A stretch of DNA of 64,000 bases from Desulfuromonadales bacterium (GCA_033549025.1 JAWSUS010000012.1:1-64000); one strand, 5' to 3'. Numbered from the stretch's first letter, positions 44,212-57,831 are shown. Notes: generated from the sequence alone by a model not told the origin. Numbers and translations are program-made.

Positions 44212-47010
44212 TCACCCCGTGTTGCGCAAGCCGGCGGCAATGCCGTTGATGGTGGCCGCCAGCGCGTAGTTCAATTCATCATTTTCTTCCTGGGCCCGTT
44301 TGCGGCGCAGCAGCTCGATCTGAATGAGACTCAGGGGATCGACATAGGGCTTCCGTAGCTGCAGGGAGCGGGCCAGGGGCTGGTTTTTTTCCAGCAGCCG
44401 CGTCTGTTCGGTGATGGTCAGCAGCACCTGGCGGGTGCGGTGGAACTCGTCGACAAAGAGGTCGAAGACGCGCTGCCGCACCTCGCTGTCGGTCACCAGC
44501 CCGGCGTAGAGGCGGGCCAGGGGGAGATCGACCTTGGTCAGAGCCAGCTCGATGTTGCGCATCATATCGGAAAAAAACGGAAACTCTTTCATCATCTCCC
44601 GCACCAGGGTCTCTTTCTCCCGATCTTCTCCCATAAAACGCTCGAAGGCATAACCGACCCCAAACCAGCCGGGAATAACGTGACGGCTCTGCATCCAGCC
44701 GAAGCCCCAGGGGATGGCGCGCAGGTCGTCGAGGCTCTGGCTGTCTTTGCGGCGCGATGGCCGCGAGCCGATCTTGGCCAGTTCGAATTCGAGGACGGGC
44801 GTGGCCTGTTCGAAATAGGGGAGGATGTCGGGATTTTCGGCGATCTTGTCCCGGTAGCGGGCAAAGGCGTAGCCGGAGATCTCCTCCAGGGCTTCTTCCC
44901 AACGGGCGGGGATTTCCGGGCAGTCCAGCAGGGAAGGGCAGAGGGCCTCCAGCGAGGCGGCGACCATCAGCTCCTGGTTGCGCAGGGCGAGCTGAGGGTC
45001 GGAATACTTGAAGTTGATCACTTCGCCCTGTTCCGTGAGCTTGAAGGTGCCGGTGAAGGCCCCCGGCGGCTGGGCGACGATGGCCCGGTGGGTGGGTCCG
45101 CCGCCGCGCCCCACGGTGCCGCCGCGGCCGTGAAAGAGGCACAGTTTCACCTGGCATTCCTCGGCAACCCGATGCAGGGCGCGATGGGCCTTGAAGATTT
45201 CCCAGGTGCTGGTGATCATGCCGCCGTCCTTGTTGGAGTCCGAATAGCCGAGCATGATCTCCTGCCAGCGCCCCCAGGAATCGAGATAGGGCTGGTAGTC
45301 CGCCGCGTTCCACAGGCTGCGGCAGATGGCGGGGGCGTTGCGCAGATCCTCAATGGATTCGAACAGCGGGACAGGCATCAGGCCGGGGTCTCGTGCCGTT
45401 CTATCCCCTTTAACCGTGATGCCCGCCAGTTCGCACAACCACACCAGGGCGCGGATGTCGGCCACGCCGCTGGCCCCGCTGATAACGTAGCTGCGGATGG
45501 CCTGGGCGATGCCGCGTTTTTTCTGGTCGGCGATGGCGCGCAGGGCCTTGAGCAGCTCTTCCGTCTGTCGCGAAGGGGGGGTGGGAAAATCCTCGGCGGA
45601 CTCGGCGCAGCCCTGGCTGCCGGCGGCCAGCTCGTGCAGAGCCTGGCTGTGGACCCGGGCATGCTGGCGAATGTCGAGGGTGTGCAGATGAAAACCGAAG
45701 GTGTCGACCTTGCGCAGCAACGGGTCGAGCCATTGTCGGGCCAGGCGGCCGCCGCCGTTCTCTATCAGGCTCTCGCGCACCAGTTCGAGGTCTTCGGCAA
45801 ACTCGGTGGCGACATCGTAGGACTCGTCGGTTCGGGGCTGACGCAGCGCCCCCTGCAGGCGGTAGAGAACGAAGCCGAGCAGCTGCCGATAGCTTTCGCA
45901 GGGGAAGCCGTCGGACAGGCTCTGTTCAAAGGCGGGATAAGCCTGCCGGTAGGCCTCCAGGCGTCGGGTAAGGGCGCGGGAGACGGGAACCCGGCAGGTG
46001 GAGGGGGTGAGCAACTCCTGCAGCAGGCTGACGGCTTCGAGGTAATGGCCCAGAATGAGGGCCCGGGCCTGGCCCAGCGCCTCCAGGGTCGATTCCGGCG
46101 TGACGAAGGGGTTGCCATCGCGATCGCCGCCGATCCACGAACCGTAACGGAGCACCGTCGGCAGGTCGTGCGCTTCGATCGGCCGCCCGTAAACCTCCTG
46201 CAGGGCGGCGGCCATGTCCACGTACAGGTCATGGGTGGGAGGGAGCAGGGCATTGAGATAGTGGTCGAAACCCATGCGGATTTCGTCGCTGACCGTCGGC
46301 TTGCGGCGGCGGACCTCGTCACTCTGCCACAGGGCGGTGATGTCGGAGAGAATCTCCTGCTGCCCTTGCCGGACGTCCGCTTCGCCGAGGGGAAGACGAT
46401 CCAGCTGTTCGAGTTGCTGGCCGATGCGGCGGCGTTTGAAGCGGACCACCCGGCGGGCGACTTCCGTCGGATGGGCGGTGAAGACCGGGATAATCTCAAT
46501 GCGGGTCAGCCGTTCGAGGACGGCGTCGAGGTCTAGTCCTTTTTTCTGCAGTCGCAGCAGGGTTCCGCGCAGCGAACCGGCCTTGTCCGGGGCGCCCGCC
46601 TGCAGCCGTTCAGCCCGCCGGCGCCGCTTGCGGTGGTTGGTCTCGGCCAGGTTGGTCAGTTCAAAAAAGGTGGCGAAGGCCTTGATGATGGTGTGGGCCT
46701 GGGCCACGGAGAGATTTCGCACCAGGGCCAAGGCCTGCTCTATAAGCTCGCTCTCCACCGGGTCTTCCAGGGCGTCCGCTCCCGCCTTGTCCAGTTGCTC
46801 ACGGTGACGGATGGCCAGCTGGCGCAGTTCTTCCTCCGTATTGTAGAGGTCGAGACCCGCCTGCTCGCGGATGACGGTGCCGAGCATCTTGCCGAGAGAG
46901 CGCACATCCCGGCGCAGGGGGATGTCCTTGCTCTCTTCCTGCCGGCTGGTCAATTCGACCAGGCGTTCCATCTGGTCGCCGGGATACCAGTAGTTCTCCT
47001 CGCTGGGCAT
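44212..47010 (-). CDS. ppc: Phosphoenolpyruvate carboxylase (bacterial type)
   Basis: VFTAHPTE, GGDRDGNP, MLGYSDSNKDGG, HGRGGTVGRGG, LRAIPW, C-terminal RNTG. Confidence 0.96.
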   Translation of the reverse strand: MPSEENYWYPGDQMERLVELTSRQEESKDIPLRRDVRSLGKMLGTVIREQAGLDLYNTEEELRQLAIRHREQLDKAGADALEDPVESELIEQALALVRNLSVAQAHTIIKAFATFFELTNLAETNHRKRRRRAERLQAGAPDKAGSLRGTLLRLQKKGLDLDAVLERLTRIEIIPVFTAHPTEVARRVVRFKRRRIGQQLEQLDRLPLGEADVRQGQQEILSDITALWQSDEVRRRKPTVSDEIRMGFDHYLNALLPPTHDLYVDMAAALQEVYGRPIEAHDLPTVLRYGSWIGGDRDGNPFVTPESTLEALGQARALILGHYLEAVSLLQELLTPSTCRVPVSRALTRRLEAYRQAYPAFEQSLSDGFPCESYRQLLGFVLYRLQGALRQPRTDESYDVATEFAEDLELVRESLIENGGGRLARQWLDPLLRKVDTFGFHLHTLDIRQHARVHSQALHELAAGSQGCAESAEDFPTPPSRQTEELLKALRAIADQKKRGIAQAIRSYVISGASGVADIRALVWLCELAGITVKGDRTARDPGLMPVPLFESIEDLRNAPAICRSLWNAADYQPYLDSWGRWQEIMLGYSDSNKDGGMITSTWEIFKAHRALHRVAEECQVKLCLFHGRGGTVGRGGGPTHRAIVAQPPGAFTGTFKLTEQGEVINFKYSDPQLALRNQELMVAASLEALCPSLLDCPEIPARWEEALEEISGYAFARYRDKIAENPDILPYFEQATPVLEFELAKIGSRPSRRKDSQSLDDLRAIPWGFGWMQSRHVIPGWFGVGYAFERFMGEDREKETLVREMMKEFPFFSDMMRNIELALTKVDLPLARLYAGLVTDSEVRQRVFDLFVDEFHRTRQVLLTITEQTRLLEKNQPLARSLQLRKPYVDPLSLIQIELLRRKRAQEENDELNYALAATINGIAAGLRNTG

Positions 47011-47164
47011 GGCCGTAAATCCTTTCATCGATGGGAAGGTAACCTGCTCTGAAGTATACCAGCTCTGCGGCGGGCTTCAGGCCCGGGGGAGAAGATCGGG
47101 ATTTCTGGTAGACTTACCGAAAGGGGACAAGGAGGAAGGACGCTTCTTGCCGAAGAGGAGCCCA

Positions 47165-48433
47165 ATGGCAGGAAAATTTCGATTCTGGCAGGGCCTGTTG
47201 GCGGTGCTGCTGCTGGCGAGCCTGCAGCTGTCGCCGGGGTGGGCGCCGAAGCCGGCTGCAGGGGCCGAGACGCAGACCCTCAGCCTGCACTACTACTGGG
47301 CGGCCAACTGCCCGCACTGCGCCGAAGCCAAGCCTTTTCTGGCGGAATTGACGGCGGCCTACCCCGGCCTGAATCTGGTCGAGTACGAAGTCTGGAGCAA
47401 CCGGGAACATTTCGATCGCCTGGTTGCCCTGGCCGAGCAGTTCGGCAGCGGCACCGTCAGCACACCGGCCTTTCACATCGAGAACCGTTTGTGGTTCGGC
47501 TTTTCGGCGGAGACAGCCCGTGAGATCGAAGCCTTTGTGGCCCGGCGGCTGGGGCCGGAAGCGCCGGCGCCGGTCGCGTCTGCCGGGGAGGATTACGCCC
47601 TTCGCCTCCCCTTGTTGGGGGCGGTCGACGGCGAAAGTCACTCCCTGCTGCTAGTCACCCTGGTTCTCGGCCTGCTCGACAGTTTCAATCCCTGCGCCTT
47701 TTTCGTCCTCTTCTTTCTGCTCAGTCTGCTGGTGCACGCGCATTCGCGCCGCTGGATGCTGCTGGTGGGCGGCACCTTTGTCTTTTGCTCGGGGCTGATC
47801 TATTTTCTGTTCATGGCCGCCTGGCTGAATCTCTTCCTGCTGGCGGGCCATCTGCCCTGGATTACGGTGACGGCCGGGCTGGTGGCCCTGGGGGTGGCCG
47901 CCATCAACATCAAGGACTTCTTCTGGTTTAAAAAGGGGGTGAGCCTCTCCATCCCCGAGGAGGCCAAGCCGAAGCTCTTCACCCGCATGCGCGCCCTGCT
48001 CGGTCAGCGCCGGCTGGGCCCGGTGCTGATGGCCACTCTGGTGCTGGCCGTGGCGGCCAATACCTACGAACTGCTGTGCACCGCCGGGTTCCCCATGGTC
48101 TATACCCGGCTGCTGACCTTGCGTCCGCTGACCACCTGGCAGTATTATGGCTACCTTGTCCTCTACAACCTCGTCTACATCCTGCCGCTGTTGACCATCA
48201 CCCTGGTCTTTACCTGGACGCTGGGTTCGCGCAAGCTCAGCGAGTGGGAAGGCCGGGTGCTCAAGCTGCTGTCGGGGGTGATGATGCTGCTTTTGGGCGG
48301 CGTGCTGCTGATCCACCCGGCCTGGCTCAACAACCCGGCCGCCGCCGGCGGGATGCTGGCCATGGCCATCGGGGCGACGGCTGTGGTCGTGGTCGTCTAT
48401 CGCCGCCTCTATCCACAGGGAAAAAACGATTGA
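47165..48433 (+). CDS. Thioredoxin/glutaredoxin domain fused to a CcdA-like membrane domain
   Basis: Signal peptide, [22 protein letters not shown], several TM helices. Confidence 0.8.
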   Translation: MAGKFRFWQGLLAVLLLASLQLSPGWAPKPAAGAETQTLSLHYYWAANCPHCAEAKPFLAELTAAYPGLNLVEYEVWSNREHFDRLVALAEQFGSGTVSTPAFHIENRLWFGFSAETAREIEAFVARRLGPEAPAPVASAGEDYALRLPLLGAVDGESHSLLLVTLVLGLLDSFNPCAFFVLFFLLSLLVHAHSRRWMLLVGGTFVFCSGLIYFLFMAAWLNLFLLAGHLPWITVTAGLVALGVAAINIKDFFWFKKGVSLSIPEEAKPKLFTRMRALLGQRRLGPVLMATLVLAVAANTYELLCTAGFPMVYTRLLTLRPLTTWQYYGYLVLYNLVYILPLLTITLVFTWTLGSRKLSEWEGRVLKLLSGVMMLLLGGVLLIHPAWLNNPAAAGGMLAMAIGATAVVVVVYRRLYPQGKND

Positions 48434-48452
48434 GAGAAAGGAAGATTATCGC

Positions 48453-49214
48453 ATGAGTCTCGCAGGAAAAAACGTCCTGATCACCGGTGGAGCCCAGGGA
48501 ATCGGCCGCGGTCTGGCCGAGCGCTTTCTGGCCGAGGGGGCCCGGGTGATGATCGCCGATATCGACGACGCCGCCGGTCGAGAGACCGAACAGGAACTGC
48601 AGGCGGCAGGGGAGGTGCGTTTTTTTCGCGCCGATGTGGCTTCGGAGGAGGAGGTCGGCAGCCTGGTCGCGCAGACGCTGCACACCTTTGGCGGTCTGGA
48701 TGTGCTGATCAACAACGCCGGCATCATGATCCGCCGGCCCCTGACGGAGCTGAGCCTGGCGGAATGGAACCGGGTCCTGGCCGTCAACCTGAGCGGCGCT
48801 TTCCTCTGCGCCCGCGCCTGCGCCCCCGCCCTGCGCCAAACCAAAGGCGCCCTGCTCAATATCGCCTCCACCCGGGCCCTGATGTCCGAGGCCGACACGG
48901 AAAGCTATGCGGCCTCCAAGGGGGGGCTTCTCGCCCTCACCCACGCCCTCGCCGTCAGTCTCGGGCCACAGGTACGGGTAAACTGTATCAGTCCGGGCTG
49001 GATCGACGTGTCCGGCTGGGCCAAAAAATCCGTCCGGGCTCAGGAAGAGCTGAGTGAAGCCGATCATGCCCAGCATCCGGCCGGGCGGGTGGGTACGCCG
49101 TCCGACATCGCCTCGCTGGTCGTGTTTCTCTGCCGCCCCGAAAACAGCTTCATCACCGGTCAGAATTTTGTCGTGGACGGTGGCATGACGCGCAAAATGA
49201 TTTACATCGAGTAA
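48453..49214 (+). CDS. Classical short-chain dehydrogenase/reductase
   Basis: [21 protein letters not shown]. Confidence 0.92.
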   Translation: MSLAGKNVLITGGAQGIGRGLAERFLAEGARVMIADIDDAAGRETEQELQAAGEVRFFRADVASEEEVGSLVAQTLHTFGGLDVLINNAGIMIRRPLTELSLAEWNRVLAVNLSGAFLCARACAPALRQTKGALLNIASTRALMSEADTESYAASKGGLLALTHALAVSLGPQVRVNCISPGWIDVSGWAKKSVRAQEELSEADHAQHPAGRVGTPSDIASLVVFLCRPENSFITGQNFVVDGGMTRKMIYIE

Positions 49215-49227
49215 ATTTTCCTCAAAA

Positions 49228-49244
49228 CTCACATATTTCTAACA
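49228..49244 (+). promoter_or_regulatory. Pho-box-like direct repeat upstream of phoB
   Basis: CTCACA-N5-CTAACA, 11-bp period. Confidence 0.6.
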
Positions 49245-49303
49245 AAACGGCCCTATATTCCTCCAAATCGTGCGATATTCCCGAGGAGAAAAGAAGCGGA
49301 CCC

Positions 49304-49993
49304 ATGAGCAAAGAGCGCATTCTCGTCATTGAGGACGAAGAGGATATTCTGGCCCTGATCCATTACAACCTGGCCAAGGAAGGCTACCAGGTCGCTGGCG
49401 CCATCAGCGGGGAAGAAGGGTTGCAGAGGGCCCGCAAGGAACCCTTCGACCTGGTGGTTCTCGACCTGATGCTGCCGGGACTCGACGGCCTGGAGGTCTG
49501 TCGGGCGCTGAAGAGCGACCCGGCCCTGGCCCCGATTCCGATCGTCATGACCACGGCCAAAGGGGAGGAATCCGACGTGGTGCTGGGCTTGGAGATGGGC
49601 GCCGACGATTATGTCACCAAGCCTTTTTCGCCCAAAATCCTGCTGGCCCGTATCAAGGCGGTGCTGCGGCGCCGCAGCGAGGGGGAGCCCGCCGCGACGG
49701 AAGAGGTCCTGCGGCTGGGCGAGTTGGTCATCCATCCTGGCCGCAACGAGGTGCTGGTCGGTGGTGAGCCCGTCGAACTGACCTTCACGGAGTTTCGCGT
49801 CCTGCACTTTTTGGCCAGTCGTCCCGGCTGGGTCTTCACCCGCTACCAGATCGTCAATGCGGTGCGAGGCGACGACTACTCGGTCACCGACCGGGCGGTA
49901 GACGTGCAGATCGTCGGACTGCGCAAGAAGCTGGGCCCCTGCGGCAAGGTCATCGAAACAGTCCGCGGCGTCGGCTACCGCTTCAAGGCCTGA
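49304..49993 (+). CDS. phoB: OmpR/PhoB-family response regulator
   Basis: REC + winged helix (DRAVDVQI, TVRGVGY); adjacent to phoR and near the pst operon. Confidence 0.85.
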   Translation: MSKERILVIEDEEDILALIHYNLAKEGYQVAGAISGEEGLQRARKEPFDLVVLDLMLPGLDGLEVCRALKSDPALAPIPIVMTTAKGEESDVVLGLEMGADDYVTKPFSPKILLARIKAVLRRRSEGEPAATEEVLRLGELVIHPGRNEVLVGGEPVELTFTEFRVLHFLASRPGWVFTRYQIVNAVRGDDYSVTDRAVDVQIVGLRKKLGPCGKVIETVRGVGYRFKA

Positions 49994-50020
49994 TTATCCT
50001 TTCTCACGAGGCAAAATAAC

Positions 50021-51805
50021 ATGATGCGTCCCAAGCGGCTGCTCTGGCAGTTCTATATTCCCTGTCTGGTCATCATTCTCCTCTCCCTGCTGGTACTGAC
50101 CTGGTATTTTTCTTCCACCCTGCGCTCCTCCTACCTCAAGCAGGCGGAAGAAGACCTGATGGCCCGGGCGCGCCTGGTCACCGTGCAGGTCAAAGGGCTT
50201 TTCGCCGTCTCCCAGTCCCCCTATCTTGAAGCGCTGGTCGCTGAATTGGGGCAGGACTCGGCGACGCGAATTACCCTCATCATGCCCTCGGGCGTGGTGC
50301 TGGCCGACTCGGAAGAAGAAGCCGCCCGTATGGAAAATCATGCGGGCCGGCCGGAAATTGTGGAGGCGATGCAGGGGCGCACCGGGCGCTCTGTCCGTTT
50401 CAGCCATACCATTCAGCAGGACATGATGTACGTCGCCCTCCCGGTGGCGGAGAACGGTGCCATCACCGGCGTGGTCCGGACCGCCATGGCGATCACGGCC
50501 CTGGATGAAACCCTCGACACGCTGCTGCGCCGGGTCATTTTGGGCGGTTTGGCGGCGGCTGGGCTGGCGGCCCTGCTGAGCCTGCTCGTCTCCCGCCGCA
50601 TCAGTCAGCCCCTGGAGATGATGAAGCAGGGAGCCGAGCGCTTTTCCCGGGGCGAGCTGCAGCAGCCGCTGGTCGTGCGAGGTTCGGCGGAGGTGCGTAG
50701 TCTGGCCGAAGCGATGAACAAAATGGCCGCCCAGCTCGACGAGCGTATCCGTACGGTGCTGCGCCAGCGCAACGAGCAGGAGGCCGTGCTGGCCAGCATG
50801 GTGGAAGGGGTGTTGGCGGTGGATGCCGAGGAGCGCATCCTGCGCCTGAACCGGGCGGCGGAAAAGCTGCTGGCTCTCGACTCCGAAAAGGTGCAGGGAA
50901 GTCGTATCCAGGAGGTGGTGCGCAAGGCCGATCTGCAGCGTTTTATCGCCCAGGCGCTGGCCAGCCCGGAAGCGGTGGAAGGGGATATCGTCTTTCACGG
51001 GGAACCCGAACGTTTTCTGCAGGCCCACGGTACGGCCCTGCGCGGCTCCCAGGGGCAACGCATCGGCGTCCTTATTGTTCTTAATGACGTGACCCGCCTG
51101 CGCCGTCTGGAGACCATGCGCCGGGATTTCGTCGCCAACGTCTCCCACGAACTGAAGACGCCGATCACGGCCATCAAGGGGTTCGTCGAGACCCTTCTCG
51201 ATGGCGCCATCAACCAGCCGGAAGACGCCCAGCGTTTTTTGACCATTGTCAGCAAGCAGGCCGACCGTCTCAATGCCATCATCGATGATCTGCTCGATCT
51301 GTCCCGTATTGAGCAGGGTGCCGAGCGGCAGCAGATCGACCTGCAGCCGGAGGGGGTGGACGAGGTGGTGCGGTCGGCCATCCAGTCCTGCGAGGTGCAG
51401 GCGCAGGAGCGGGGGATCCAGGTGGAGCAGGCCGTGGCCGATAACCTGCGGGCCCGTCTCAATCCGCCGCTGATCGAGCAGGCTCTGGTCAATCTCATCA
51501 GCAACGCGATCAAATATTCCCCCGAAGGCAGCCGGGTGCGGGTAGAAGGGGCGCAGGGGGACGAAGGCGTCGTCATCCGCGTCATCGATCAGGGCTGCGG
51601 CATTGCCCGCGAGCATCTGCCCCGTCTGTTCGAACGCTTCTACCGGGTCGATAAGGCCCGCAGCCGCCAGCAGGGGGGCACCGGGCTGGGCCTGGCCATC
51701 GTCAAACACATCGTGCAGACCCATGGCGGCCGTGTCACCGTGGAAAGTGTTCCGGGTAAAGGCAGCACCTTCTCCATTATCCTTCCCTCCGAGCCCCGGT
51801 CCTGA
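50021..51805 (+). CDS. phoR: Phosphate regulon sensor kinase
   Basis: MENH..RPEI, HAMP, PAS, RRDFVANVSHELKTP, FERFYRVDKARSR..GGTGLGL. Confidence 0.88.
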   Translation: MMRPKRLLWQFYIPCLVIILLSLLVLTWYFSSTLRSSYLKQAEEDLMARARLVTVQVKGLFAVSQSPYLEALVAELGQDSATRITLIMPSGVVLADSEEEAARMENHAGRPEIVEAMQGRTGRSVRFSHTIQQDMMYVALPVAENGAITGVVRTAMAITALDETLDTLLRRVILGGLAAAGLAALLSLLVSRRISQPLEMMKQGAERFSRGELQQPLVVRGSAEVRSLAEAMNKMAAQLDERIRTVLRQRNEQEAVLASMVEGVLAVDAEERILRLNRAAEKLLALDSEKVQGSRIQEVVRKADLQRFIAQALASPEAVEGDIVFHGEPERFLQAHGTALRGSQGQRIGVLIVLNDVTRLRRLETMRRDFVANVSHELKTPITAIKGFVETLLDGAINQPEDAQRFLTIVSKQADRLNAIIDDLLDLSRIEQGAERQQIDLQPEGVDEVVRSAIQSCEVQAQERGIQVEQAVADNLRARLNPPLIEQALVNLISNAIKYSPEGSRVRVEGAQGDEGVVIRVIDQGCGIAREHLPRLFERFYRVDKARSRQQGGTGLGLAIVKHIVQTHGGRVTVESVPGKGSTFSIILPSEPRS

Positions 51806-51907
51806 CCGGTCGGGGTTGCGGGCCGCCTCGGGCGTGATAAGGTTTAACCGTTCTTTTAATCCCCGTGACAGGGGGGGAACGGTTGAGCCCGCCCCGAGGA
51901 GGTCCCT

Positions 51908-54576
<2,669 letters not shown>

Positions 54577-54580
<4 letters not shown>

Positions 54581-55332
54581 TGGCGGTTTTCTCCTGCGAC
54601 TGTGAAAAGCTCGACATCCTCTACGCCGACGACCACCTGGTGGCGATCAACAAACCGGCGGGGCTGCTGGTGCATCGCAGCCCCATCGACCGGCGTGAAA
54701 CCCGTTTTGCCCTGCAGTTGTTGCGGGACCAGCTGGGCCGACCGGTTTACCCGGCCCATCGCCTGGACAAGCCGACCTCCGGCGTGCTCCTCTTCGCCCT
54801 CTCCCCCGAGGTGGCCCGCGCCTTGGGGGAGTCTTTCGCCCGGGGCGCGGTGGAAAAGACCTACCTGGCCGTACTGCGCGGCGTCTGCCCGGAGACCGGG
54901 ATCATCGACTATCCCCTGATCGAAGAGCCCGACCGCCTCGCCGACTATCCGGCCCAGCCGGACAAGCCAGCCCAGGAGGCCGTGACCTCCTTCCGCCGCC
55001 TGGCGCAGGTCGAACTCCCCTTCGCCGTCGGGCGCTACCCCAGCAGCCGTTACAGCCTGGTGGAGGCCCGTCCCCACACCGGGCGCCGTCATCAGCTGCG
55101 TCGCCACTTCAAACACCTCTTCCACCCCATTATCGGGGATACCAAGTACGGGGAAGGGCGCCACAACCGCTTTTTTCGGGAGCACTTCGGCTGCCACCGA
55201 CTGCTGCTGGCCGCCACCCGCCTAGCTTTCCCCCATCCCCTGGACGGTCGGCAGCTCGTCATCGAGGCCCCTCTCGACCCGGCCATGGCTGCTCTGCTGG
55301 GGCAGCTGGGGTGGTCGGACTGTCTCCCCTGA
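54577..55332 (+). CDS. truC: tRNA pseudouridine synthase C (RluA family)
   Basis: NKPAG, HRLDKPTSG, TGRRHQLRRH, HPIIGD. Confidence 0.88.
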
Positions 55333-55413
55333 GGAACTTTCGCTTCCTTCAAATCCTGCTAAAATTGTGGGGTCGTTTTTTGATGTCACCACTCAACCGA
55401 AGGAGAAAATCTC

Positions 55414-55875
55414 ATGATGAACAATGGAACAGGAAGACGCGTCGCTCTCTTTGTCCTTTTCGCCGGGATGCTGTTTTTCGCTCTACCCCAGGCTGTTTTC
55501 GCCGCTCCCAAGGAGGGCAAGGGGAAGCCGGACCGGATGGAGCAGATGCAGCAGGTCGCCGATGGCGATATGAAGACCCTGGAGAAGCGCCAGCAGGCCG
55601 AGCGCAAGGCGCTCGAAGAGCGCTACAAGGCGGACAAGGAGGCCCTCAAACAGCGGCATAAGCAGGAGCGCAACGCCTATCAGGAACGCATGCGCTATGA
55701 AAAGAGTAAAGGAAAGGCCACCGACGAGGGTGAAAAGATGCGCAAGCGAGCCGAAGAAGTCGAGCGCAAGCGGGATTCACAGCGTGAAGATGGGGATCGC
55801 CGCATGATCTGGGAGCGTCAGCGGGACCAGGAGCAGGAGGGCGAGACGGAGCGCAGGGGCAACGAAAGGAACTGA
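55414..55875 (+). CDS. Exported, highly charged (E/K/R) coiled-coil protein
   Basis: AAGGAG RBS, signal peptide (..VFA). Confidence 0.7.
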   Translation: MMNNGTGRRVALFVLFAGMLFFALPQAVFAAPKEGKGKPDRMEQMQQVADGDMKTLEKRQQAERKALEERYKADKEALKQRHKQERNAYQERMRYEKSKGKATDEGEKMRKRAEEVERKRDSQREDGDRRMIWERQRDQEQEGETERRGNERN

Positions 55876-55897
55876 GGTTCTGCGTGACACAAACCTG

Positions 55898-55936
55898 AGA
55901 AAGGGCCACCGGGACAGATTTCCGGTGGCCCTTTCT
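55898..55936. terminator. Bidirectional terminator
   Basis: AGAAAGGGCCACCGG...CCGGTGGCCCTTTCT. Confidence 0.75.
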
Positions 55937-56046
55937 TATGGTCGGGGCGGGCGGCGCCTTTTCCGGCGGGCCCGCAGGCCGAAAAAACAGCCGGCGGCGG
56001 TGAGCCCCCAAATCAGCAGGGTGACAATGGTTTCACTCTCTGGCAT
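55936..56046 (-). CDS. 36-aa single-TM small protein with a basic tail
   Basis: AGGAGG-N6-ATG; MPESETIVTLLIWGLTAAGCFFGLRARRKRRRPPRP; terminator directly after. Confidence 0.65.
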   Translation of the reverse strand: MPESETIVTLLIWGLTAAGCFFGLRARRKRRRPPRP

Positions 56047-56210
56047 GCTTATCCTCCTGTCAATGATGATCGTGCCGCTACTAAAACACGTTCCGGGCGC
56101 CGTTGCCTTGAGGCAGGTCAAAAAAGGGCTTGTCCCTGCTCAGGCCGTGGGTGTTTTATGGATCAGGCCCAGCCGCTTGGGACCACGCGGAAAACCGAGG
56201 AGATTTTATT

Positions 56211-56873
56211 ATGGAACAGATGATATTGGATGCCGTGGAGGCCAGGGTGCTCGGCTGTCTCCTGGAAAAAGAGATGGCGACACCGGAATACTATCCTCTC
56301 AGCCTCAATGCCCTGACCAACGCCTGCAACCAGAAATCCAACCGCGAGCCGGTAATGGTTCTGGAGGAGACGGAGGTCGTGCGGGCGCTGGAGCGCCTTC
56401 GCCACGGCGGGCTGGCCATGCAGAGCGGCGAAGGGGGGAGGGTCCCCAAATACCGGCACACGCTGGCCGAGAAACTTCATCTCGAGCCCGAGGAACTGGC
56501 CGTGCTCTGCGTGCTGCTGGTGCGCGGACCGCAGACCCTGGGCGAATTGCGGGGGCGCAGCGAGCGGCTGTATTCCTTCGAGGAGCTGGCGCAGGTGGAG
56601 GAGGTGCTGCAGGGGCTCGAACAGCGGCAGCCGCCCCTGGCGATCCGTCTCCCCCGTCAGCCGGGGCGTAAAGAGTCGCGCTACGCCCACCTCTTCGCCG
56701 GGGCGCCGCCGGAGGAAGCCGTCTGCTCCGAGGCTCCGGCCGAAGCGGCCACCCTGCGGGTGCGGGCCGAAGAGGAGCGTATGGCCCGTCTCGAGGACGA
56801 AGTGGCCGCCCTGCGTGAGGAGGTAGAGACCCTCCGGCGGGAGATGGCCGCCTTCAAGGCCCAGTTCGACTGA
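56211..56873 (+). CDS. yceH: YceH/DUF480 family protein
   Basis: EARVLGCLLEK..TPEYYPLSLNAL..ACNQKSNREPV, RGPQT.GELR. Confidence 0.9.
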   Translation: MEQMILDAVEARVLGCLLEKEMATPEYYPLSLNALTNACNQKSNREPVMVLEETEVVRALERLRHGGLAMQSGEGGRVPKYRHTLAEKLHLEPEELAVLCVLLVRGPQTLGELRGRSERLYSFEELAQVEEVLQGLEQRQPPLAIRLPRQPGRKESRYAHLFAGAPPEEAVCSEAPAEAATLRVRAEEERMARLEDEVAALREEVETLRREMAAFKAQFD

Positions 56874-57831
56874 GGGCGCTCTCCTCGGTTATAGGGGCCG
56901 TTACCGGTGCGCCGGTCTGGCGGGATGACTTGCGGCCGCCGTGACGGCTGATGAGGACGCCGGCCAGGACCAGAGCCGAGGCGGCCAGCTGCTGAAGATT
57001 TAGCCGCTCGCCGAGAAAGAGCATGGCCATGAGCACGCTGAAGACCGGGATGAGATTGACGAAGACCGCCGCCTGGCTCGCGGGGATGTGTTTGACGCCG
57101 ATGTTGTAGCAGGTATAGGCCACCAGAGTGACGAAGAGGCCCAGGTAGGCGATGGCCAGGACCGGCACCAGCAGAAATTCGCTGGGGAGAACCGTCTGCG
57201 GCAGCAGCAGGAAAGGGAAGAAAAAGAGGCTGCCGGCGAAGGACTGGAAGGCCGCCATGAACAGGGGCGGGTAGCCGGCGCTCAGGTGACGCAGGGAGAC
57301 GGTGTAGCCGGCCGCGCAGATCATGGCCAGAAATTCGTAGAAATTACCCAGCAGGGGGTTGGGTGCATAGGCGTCACTGCTGCTGGCCAGGCTCAGCCAG
57401 ACGGCGCCGACGATGGCCAGCACAAACCCCGCCAGGGTCAGGCGGCTGATGCGCTCGCGCAGAAAGAACCAGGCGAGGATGGCTACCAGGAGGGGCATCA
57501 TGGCGGTAATCATCCCGGCCTGTGACGCCGTGGTGTTCTCCATGGCTCTGGCCTCGAAGACAAAGTAGAGACAGGGCTCGCACAGGGCCATGAGGGCCAG
57601 ATATTTCAGATCTCCCCGGCGAAAGCGGATGCGGCGGAAGCTGGGAATAAAGGGGAGAAAAAAGAGGCTGGCCAGAAACATGCGTCCGAAAATGACGACC
57701 ATGGGGTCGTAGCTTCTAAAAGCCAGTTTAAGGGCCACAAAAGAACTGGCCCACAGCAGCATGGCCGCCACCAGGCTGACCAGGGGCAGCCACTCGATCT
57801 CCTCGTTCTTCACTCCAAACCCATCCTTCAT
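56854..57831 (-). CDS. DMT/EamA family transporter
   Basis: About ten TM helices; LWASSF, A.VFVNLIPV..LFLGE. Confidence 0.88.
   Translation of the reverse strand: MKDGFGVKNEEIEWLPLVSLVAAMLLWASSFVALKLAFRSYDPMVVIFGRMFLASLFFLPFIPSFRRIRFRRGDLKYLALMALCEPCLYFVFEARAMENTTASQAGMITAMMPLLVAILAWFFLRERISRLTLAGFVLAIVGAVWLSLASSSDAYAPNPLLGNFYEFLAMICAAGYTVSLRHLSAGYPPLFMAAFQSFAGSLFFFPFLLLPQTVLPSEFLLVPVLAIAYLGLFVTLVAYTCYNIGVKHIPASQAAVFVNLIPVFSVLMAMLFLGERLNLQQLAASALVLAGVLISRHGGRKSSRQTGAPVTAPITEESALSRTGP

Noticed and set aside
56040..56056. Sigma54 promoter TGGCAT-N5-TCCT
   Set aside because: The -12 GC is absent; the sequence is explained by the start codon and RBS of the minus-strand microprotein
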